Positions 6,193-10,840 of a DNA stretch of 10,840 nt are shown one piece after another. Below the pieces are notes generated by a model. It did no database searches. It was not told the origin of the DNA and was given only the letters and a program-made list of their open reading frames with translations. The first letter of the stretch is position 1. Each line of letters opens with the position of its first letter. Source of the stretch: a virus; the UHGV virus genome UHGV-0082263; one strand, given 5' to 3'. The position numbers were made by a program, and so were the translations under genes.

Positions 6193-6411
6193 ATGATTGA
6201 TTTAACAGAACGCTATGAGCTTATTAAAGCAATTAGTGAACGATTGAAAGAACAACCCAACAAACCAAAGCTACGAATTGGAAATCAACGTCGAGTTATC
6301 ACCTCACACAAACCAAAGGTACGTAAGATTCCTTCATGGTGCTTAGATAAATTACCATGTGACGCACAGATTTTAGGTGATGATGGGATGTATTCTTACG
6401 TTTACCATTAA
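6193..6411 (+). CDS. Hypothetical basic protein (72 aa)
   Basis: ATG 6193 with GAGGTGG at 6183-6189. No motif recognised. Confidence 0.45.
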   Translation: MIDLTERYELIKAISERLKEQPNKPKLRIGNQRRVITSHKPKVRKIPSWCLDKLPCDAQILGDDGMYSYVYH

Positions 6412-6454
6412 TTTGAGATTAGCTTCTAATAGAATTGGTTGGGTAAAAATCTAC

Positions 6455-6495
6455 GGGAGAGATTATCGAGTGACATCGGTAGCCCTCCCTTTTTT
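6455..6495 (+). terminator. Possible intrinsic terminator or attenuator hairpin followed by a T6 run
   Basis: GGGAGAG (6455-6461) pairs with CCCTCCC (6483-6489) with one mismatch, then TTTTTT (6490-6495). The 21-nt loop is atypically long, and the site sits inside an apparent operon. Confidence 0.25.
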
Positions 6496-6545
6496 GTATA
6501 TGAGGATAGTCTTCTATCCGAAGTCTATGAGGTGAAATATGAACA

Positions 6546-8717
6546 ATGGCACAGTTTAAAGTTGATGATTTTCTGATTGAGTTAAGTTTTAACTCTCAGA
6601 AAGTTTTAAAAGGTCTGGAAAAAGCCGAGAAACAAACGATGCAGGTAGCATCACGAATTGAGAAGCGATTGAATAAGGCGTTTAAAGTGAATCCTACGCC
6701 TTTAAATGATTCTCTCAAACTAATGGAAAAGAATGTCGATAAAACTGTTTCCAAGATTGAGCAGCGTCTTAAAAACACTAAAGCGTTTAAGATTAAAACT
6801 GAAATTGAGGATACTCTAAAGCCACTTAGACAGCCAAGACAGCCACGAATTAGCGGCAACAGAGCAATCACAGCAGCGCATAGCGTGAATATGTCTAAGC
6901 TTGGTGATATTAATCCGCTGATGGCTAAAATGTTTAAAGCACAGTATTACAGCTTAAGCGGTAAGGCTGGTAATATTGGAAGTGAAAAGTTTAACGCTGA
7001 ACTTGCAATATTAAATCAATCTCTTCGTGAAACGTTGAATAAACTCAGGTCACAGACAAAGACCACCAGCATTAACAATACAAGCGACGCATTTAATAAT
7101 CTTGCAAGCAATGCAATCAAGTTATCTGGTGCATTTTACTCTGTGATGGGTGCTCTTAACGCTTACAAGGCCATCATGAATGCAGGTCTTAAACGAGATT
7201 CCGCACAGAGAGCCGCTAAGTTTGTACTTGGTGATAAAGCATCTGAAGCTGAGGTATTTATTCGAAATTTAGCAGACAAGACAGGTCTTAATATCTCTGA
7301 AGGGCTATCAAGCTACGCTAAGTTTGCAGCAGGTGCTCAGGGTTCTATGTCACAGGAACAGACACAGGAGCTATTTGGTAATGCAACGGCTATGAGTCGC
7401 TTAATGGGGCTTTCTAACGATGAGCTAAACGGCATTTTGAAAGCTTTTGAGCAGATGGCGAGCAAGGGCAAGATTCAGGCTGAAGAGCTTCGTGGACAGT
7501 TGGGTGACCGTATGGCTGGTGCATTTAAGCTATTCGCTGAAGCATTGGGTATGACTGCTACAGAGCTTGATAAAGCGATGAAAGACGGGAAGATTTTAAG
7601 TAGTGATACTCTCCCTAAAGTCGCTAAACAGATGGGCTTGATGATTGATAAAGCGGGTGGCTGGGCTGAAGTCGCTAAGAGCACTCAGACAGCTTTAGGG
7701 AAACTGGCTAACAACTGGGATGATACGATGGTGAAAATCTTCTCAGGTTCACAGGATGAGCTAAACGGCTTCTTATCCAGCCTGAGTAACCTGCTTAGTG
7801 AAATGGGGATGAGTTCTTCTATCGCTGGTGATGCTATCGGTGGACTTATCGACATGCTTAAAGCTGGTGTAGATGACATCCGTATCTTTAACAATCACCT
7901 TGAAGGCTGGATTTTACAGACTAAGAAGTTCTATTACAGCCTTGATGACACTAAACGAAAACTACTTGATGAAGTCGGTGATGGATTTATCAATTTTGTC
8001 AAAGGTCTTGCTATAGCGTTATCTGCAAAGACGCTATTCAGTGCCACTACAGGGATTATGAACCTGACAAGAGCAATCACAACGTTAGGTACAAGAGCTA
8101 ATCAGGTGGCTGGTCAGGTAGCTACTGGTAAAGGTGGTGGAAAACTGAAAGGTGTAGCTGGTGGTGTAGGTAGTGCTCTTGCAATTGGTTATGCTGATGA
8201 CGGTTATGAAACAGCGTTAGCATTAGCTTCAATGATTCCACAAATCAGAGGCGTCACTCTTGGTTTATATGCATTGAAGAAAGCACTGGATTTTATGAAT
8301 CAGGAAGTAGTCAAAAACGCTAATATGCATCCATCTGGGGTAGGTGTGGGTAGTGACTTTAATCCTGTGTATTCTGGTGACCCTAATAAACCGAATATGA
8401 TTAACGAAGGATGGAGTAGAATTTTTAGTTCAATGGGTGAATTGTTTAACAATGCCACAATGAATATTGCAAGATTCAATCATCCAGAATTGATTACCAT
8501 GAAACAAGATGCATCATTAACGAGCACTGACATCCAAAATCTAAGAGATGAAATTAGTGCTTTAAGTAAGCGTATTCAGGAGCCTGTGAAAGTTTCACTT
8601 GGTGGTGAAGTTGCCATTAAACCAGATGAAACCAGCTTTATGACCTTTAGCAGTAATATCTACGACCAATATGCAGAAGCTACGTTATTAAGTTCATCAT
8701 TCCCAGAAGATGATTGA
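6546..8717 (+). CDS. Phage tail tape-measure protein (723 aa)
   Basis: ATG 6546 with GAGGTGA at 6529-6535, stop TGA 8715-8717. The central segment LNGILKAFEQMASKGKIQAEELRGQLGDRMAGAFKLFAEALGMTATELDKAMKDGKILSSDTLPKV matches the conserved tape-measure domain signature as I recall it. Also has a glycine-rich hydrophobic stretch (GKGGGKLKGVAGGVGSALAIGY) and a long helical N-terminal region, both typical of tape-measure proteins. Confidence 0.8.
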   Translation: MAQFKVDDFLIELSFNSQKVLKGLEKAEKQTMQVASRIEKRLNKAFKVNPTPLNDSLKLMEKNVDKTVSKIEQRLKNTKAFKIKTEIEDTLKPLRQPRQPRISGNRAITAAHSVNMSKLGDINPLMAKMFKAQYYSLSGKAGNIGSEKFNAELAILNQSLRETLNKLRSQTKTTSINNTSDAFNNLASNAIKLSGAFYSVMGALNAYKAIMNAGLKRDSAQRAAKFVLGDKASEAEVFIRNLADKTGLNISEGLSSYAKFAAGAQGSMSQEQTQELFGNATAMSRLMGLSNDELNGILKAFEQMASKGKIQAEELRGQLGDRMAGAFKLFAEALGMTATELDKAMKDGKILSSDTLPKVAKQMGLMIDKAGGWAEVAKSTQTALGKLANNWDDTMVKIFSGSQDELNGFLSSLSNLLSEMGMSSSIAGDAIGGLIDMLKAGVDDIRIFNNHLEGWILQTKKFYYSLDDTKRKLLDEVGDGFINFVKGLAIALSAKTLFSATTGIMNLTRAITTLGTRANQVAGQVATGKGGGKLKGVAGGVGSALAIGYADDGYETALALASMIPQIRGVTLGLYALKKALDFMNQEVVKNANMHPSGVGVGSDFNPVYSGDPNKPNMINEGWSRIFSSMGELFNNATMNIARFNHPELITMKQDASLTSTDIQNLRDEISALSKRIQEPVKVSLGGEVAIKPDETSFMTFSSNIYDQYAEATLLSSSFPEDD

Positions 8718-8812
8718 TTTAACGGTGTTCTACGTGAATAAAGCAAAGTTAATACCCACACTGAAAAATAATTTTTACGTAGCTCACGCTTAACAGAGAA
8801 AATACTTATATA

Positions 8813-8856
8813 TCAAAGGCTTGGTTAAAAATGATTAAAATACACTAAGCCTTTGA
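8813..8856 (+). promoter_or_regulatory. 10-bp inverted repeat (tcaaaggctt ... aagcctttga) with 24-nt AT-rich spacer, just upstream of the SD of the 8874 gene
   Basis: Arms at 8813-8822 and 8847-8856 are exact reverse complements; the SD AAAGGAG at 8861-8867 follows. Confidence 0.4.
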
Positions 8857-8873
8857 AATCAAAGGAGAATTTA

Positions 8874-9662
8874 ATGATTTACACTAATCAAATCCGCTAC
8901 AGTGGCAAAGATGGCATCTATTTCCACTTAAGAGATAATGTAGATGCCTTCTTAACCCTATCAGCAACTGAGAACATGGAATTTGATAGTCCTATGCAGG
9001 TAACTACACAGAATATGCAATCAGGGCAAACAGTCACAGATAATGTGCAAAGAGCACCCAGAACAATCACTATTAGTGGTGTCGTCGTAGTTGGCTATGA
9101 AGGGAGCTTATTACTAACTCGTCAAGGCCAATTAGTAGAGAACTTCATCGACACTCTTGAAAGCTGGCGTGACCAGAAGCAGATTATTTCGGTCATCTGT
9201 AAAGATGGTATCAAGATTGATGATTCCATTATTACGAGTTTTAAAGCCTCTAAAGATGTTGGTATTTCAAATGGTCTAAGAATCCAGCTAACTTTTCAGG
9301 AAATTAACTTCAAAGCTGTTGTGGGTCAAACTGATATCTCGGCTGCAACTGGAAAGGCTGCCACTACGAATGATGGTGGTGTGACCAGTAAGAAGAATGC
9401 AGGTAACGTGACCACTGAACGCAATAACGCGCCTATGCTATCGTGCAAAGAGCTAATGAGTATTAGCGATGTATCCGGTTACGCTCCAGCTATCAGAAAT
9501 GATATTCTCGATGCTCAGATTAAGTGTAATAAGGCTTGGAAGCTGGACTATTCAGACTTAACAGAAGCTGAAAAAACCAACGTCACCAATGCTAATAGTA
9601 ACGCTGGTCGAGTAGCTTCAAAGCTTAAAAAGTACTCAGTGAACCCTAATAAAAAATACTAA
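8874..9662 (+). CDS. Hypothetical protein (262 aa); possible tail or baseplate component by position
   Basis: ATG 8874 with AAAGGAG at 8861-8867, preferred over the track TTG start at 8853. Stop TAA 9660-9662 overlaps the stop of the convergent recombinase gene. Sits directly downstream of the tape-measure gene. No motif recognised. Confidence 0.55.
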   Translation: MIYTNQIRYSGKDGIYFHLRDNVDAFLTLSATENMEFDSPMQVTTQNMQSGQTVTDNVQRAPRTITISGVVVVGYEGSLLLTRQGQLVENFIDTLESWRDQKQIISVICKDGIKIDDSIITSFKASKDVGISNGLRIQLTFQEINFKAVVGQTDISAATGKAATTNDGGVTSKKNAGNVTTERNNAPMLSCKELMSISDVSGYAPAIRNDILDAQIKCNKAWKLDYSDLTEAEKTNVTNANSNAGRVASKLKKYSVNPNKKY

Positions 9663-10786
9663 GCGTCCACCTCTTCCATATCACCAGCAGGATAAATCCT
9701 TGTTACTGGTTCACCAAAAATAAGCATATCATCTAATGACTGCATCTCATCGGTTGCTTCTTCAAGCGTTAAGGTGTGGTCATCTTTACCATCAAGAGGA
9801 AAACCACGAATCATATTTCCATTGTGAAGATATATATCCACCAGCTTTTCATTACCAGAAACAACAATCTCTTTCACCAGACGCTTAATGATAATCTGGG
9901 CTTCAGTTCTCCCCTCTACAGACTCCATATCAAGACCGCTTAAATCCAAGCTTGATACAGATTTTACCCTCGCCTTTTCTCGTGATAACTGAACTATCAG
10001 TTCATCTTTTTCTTCCTGTTTAACCCGTAGTGCTTCCTGAATCTGAGTGATGTTAGGAAGCTGTATCAGCGTCTCAGTGAGTTTTTCCAGTTCACCATCA
10101 ACGGTGTTTAATCTTCTTTGTAGTTCATCTAATTTAGCTGTATCGGTAGCTTCATCGTGTAGCTGTGACAGTTTGCTGAACAGACGACTACAAAGCTGTG
10201 TATCAAGTAACTTTCTGGACACTGTACCGTAGCTACAACGGGACTCCTTATTACCATTGCAACGGTAAGTACCTTGATAAACGGGTTTACGTATCCCTGT
10301 AGGAGTCATTACAAGCCCACACTTACAACGGATAAGCCCCTTCAGTATGTTCACATATAGCCAGTGTTCACCGCTGGATGTTTTCCCCTTCCCTGTTTCC
10401 TCTAACAGTTGCTGTACAGCGTAAAACTTAGAATCTGTGACAATCTGAGGATAGAACCCTTCAATTTCTTCACGTAACACTGTTTTACGGTCTTCTGTAG
10501 AAATCTTGGCGGGAAGGTAACCTAATACACTTCGTGAAGTCAGGATGTGTTTAACGCTTAAAGCTGACCAGTTACCATCCGGTTTCTTAGTCTTGGATAT
10601 TCTGACCTTACGCTGATTAATGGTCGGGTAACCTTGTTCGTTTAGCCATTTACAGATAGCAAACATCGACATACCAGAAAGACGCTTGTCATAGATGATA
10701 TTCACCAGTGACGCTTTATCTTCATCAACGATGTAGTGTGAACCGTCTTCTGATAGCTCTAACCATCCGGGGGCTTGCTTACCCAT
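9659..10786 (-). CDS. Large serine recombinase, recombinase-domain + zinc-ribbon + coiled-coil portion (375 aa); N-terminal catalytic domain not in this ORF
   Basis: Translation opens with GKQAPGW...[37 protein letters not shown], which looks like the start of the recombinase domain. It then has [16 protein letters not shown]...[21 protein letters not shown], the four-Cys zinc ribbon typical of large serine recombinases, and a long coiled-coil-like C-terminus. No resolvase catalytic motif is present. An in-frame TGA (10796-10798) lies 3 codons upstream of the ATG and no SD precedes the ATG. Confidence 0.8.
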   Translation of the reverse strand: MGKQAPGWLELSEDGSHYIVDEDKASLVNIIYDKRLSGMSMFAICKWLNEQGYPTINQRKVRISKTKKPDGNWSALSVKHILTSRSVLGYLPAKISTEDRKTVLREEIEGFYPQIVTDSKFYAVQQLLEETGKGKTSSGEHWLYVNILKGLIRCKCGLVMTPTGIRKPVYQGTYRCNGNKESRCSYGTVSRKLLDTQLCSRLFSKLSQLHDEATDTAKLDELQRRLNTVDGELEKLTETLIQLPNITQIQEALRVKQEEKDELIVQLSREKARVKSVSSLDLSGLDMESVEGRTEAQIIIKRLVKEIVVSGNEKLVDIYLHNGNMIRGFPLDGKDDHTLTLEEATDEMQSLDDMLIFGEPVTRIYPAGDMEEVDA

Positions 10787-10840
10787 TGCGTATTTTCATG
10801 AAAGGAGATCACTCAATAACTTCCATCGAGATCGGGTAAT

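Noticed and set aside
6596-7894. Three - strand ORFs (6596-6871, 7475-7684, 7685-7894) inside the tape-measure gene
   Set aside because: They lie fully within a well-supported 723-aa + strand CDS, have low-complexity Ala/Ser/Leu-rich translations typical of shadow frames, and have no SD.
8853-8873. Track TTG start at 8853 for the gene after the tape-measure gene
   Set aside because: The TTG lies inside the inverted repeat and upstream of the SD; ATG 8874 with AAAGGAG at 6-nt spacing is the far more plausible start.
10047-10232. 61-aa + strand ORF inside the serine recombinase gene
   Set aside because: Entirely antisense to a CDS with strong domain signatures; Ser/Cys-rich low-complexity translation.
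1-10840. CRISPR array, rRNA or tRNA genes
   Set aside because: No regularly spaced short direct repeats with unique spacers and no rRNA- or tRNA-like conserved segments; the repeats present are irregularly spaced and mixed in orientation.

Overview
This 10.8-kb window (roughly 40% GC by eye) reads as part of a phage-derived mobile element, either a prophage or a phage-satellite-like island. All calls below come from reading the sequence and translated ORFs by eye and recognising motifs from memory; no database search, structure prediction or folding was run. On the + strand there are: (1) a phage Dam-family N6-adenine methyltransferase with a C-terminal resolvase-like HTH (1177-1845); (2) a translationally coupled four-gene cassette (2699-4041) containing a putative ribbon-helix-helix protein and ending in a small HNH endonuclease; (3) a five-gene operon (5034-9662) behind a near-consensus promoter, containing a tape-measure protein (6546-8717). 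On the - strand, converging on that operon, is the recombinase-domain plus zinc-ribbon portion of a large serine recombinase (9659-10786); its catalytic N-terminal domain is not in the ORF, and an in-frame TGA lies 3 codons upstream of the ATG. About a quarter of the window (1-1176, 1846-2698, 4581-5033) has no convincing CDS and is dense with repeats. The most notable is a ~30-bp element in four copies, two of them a 27/30 inverted pair bracketing the 3.4-kb methyltransferase-to-HNH module. I found no rRNA, tRNA or CRISPR array. Several proteins remain without any assignable function.
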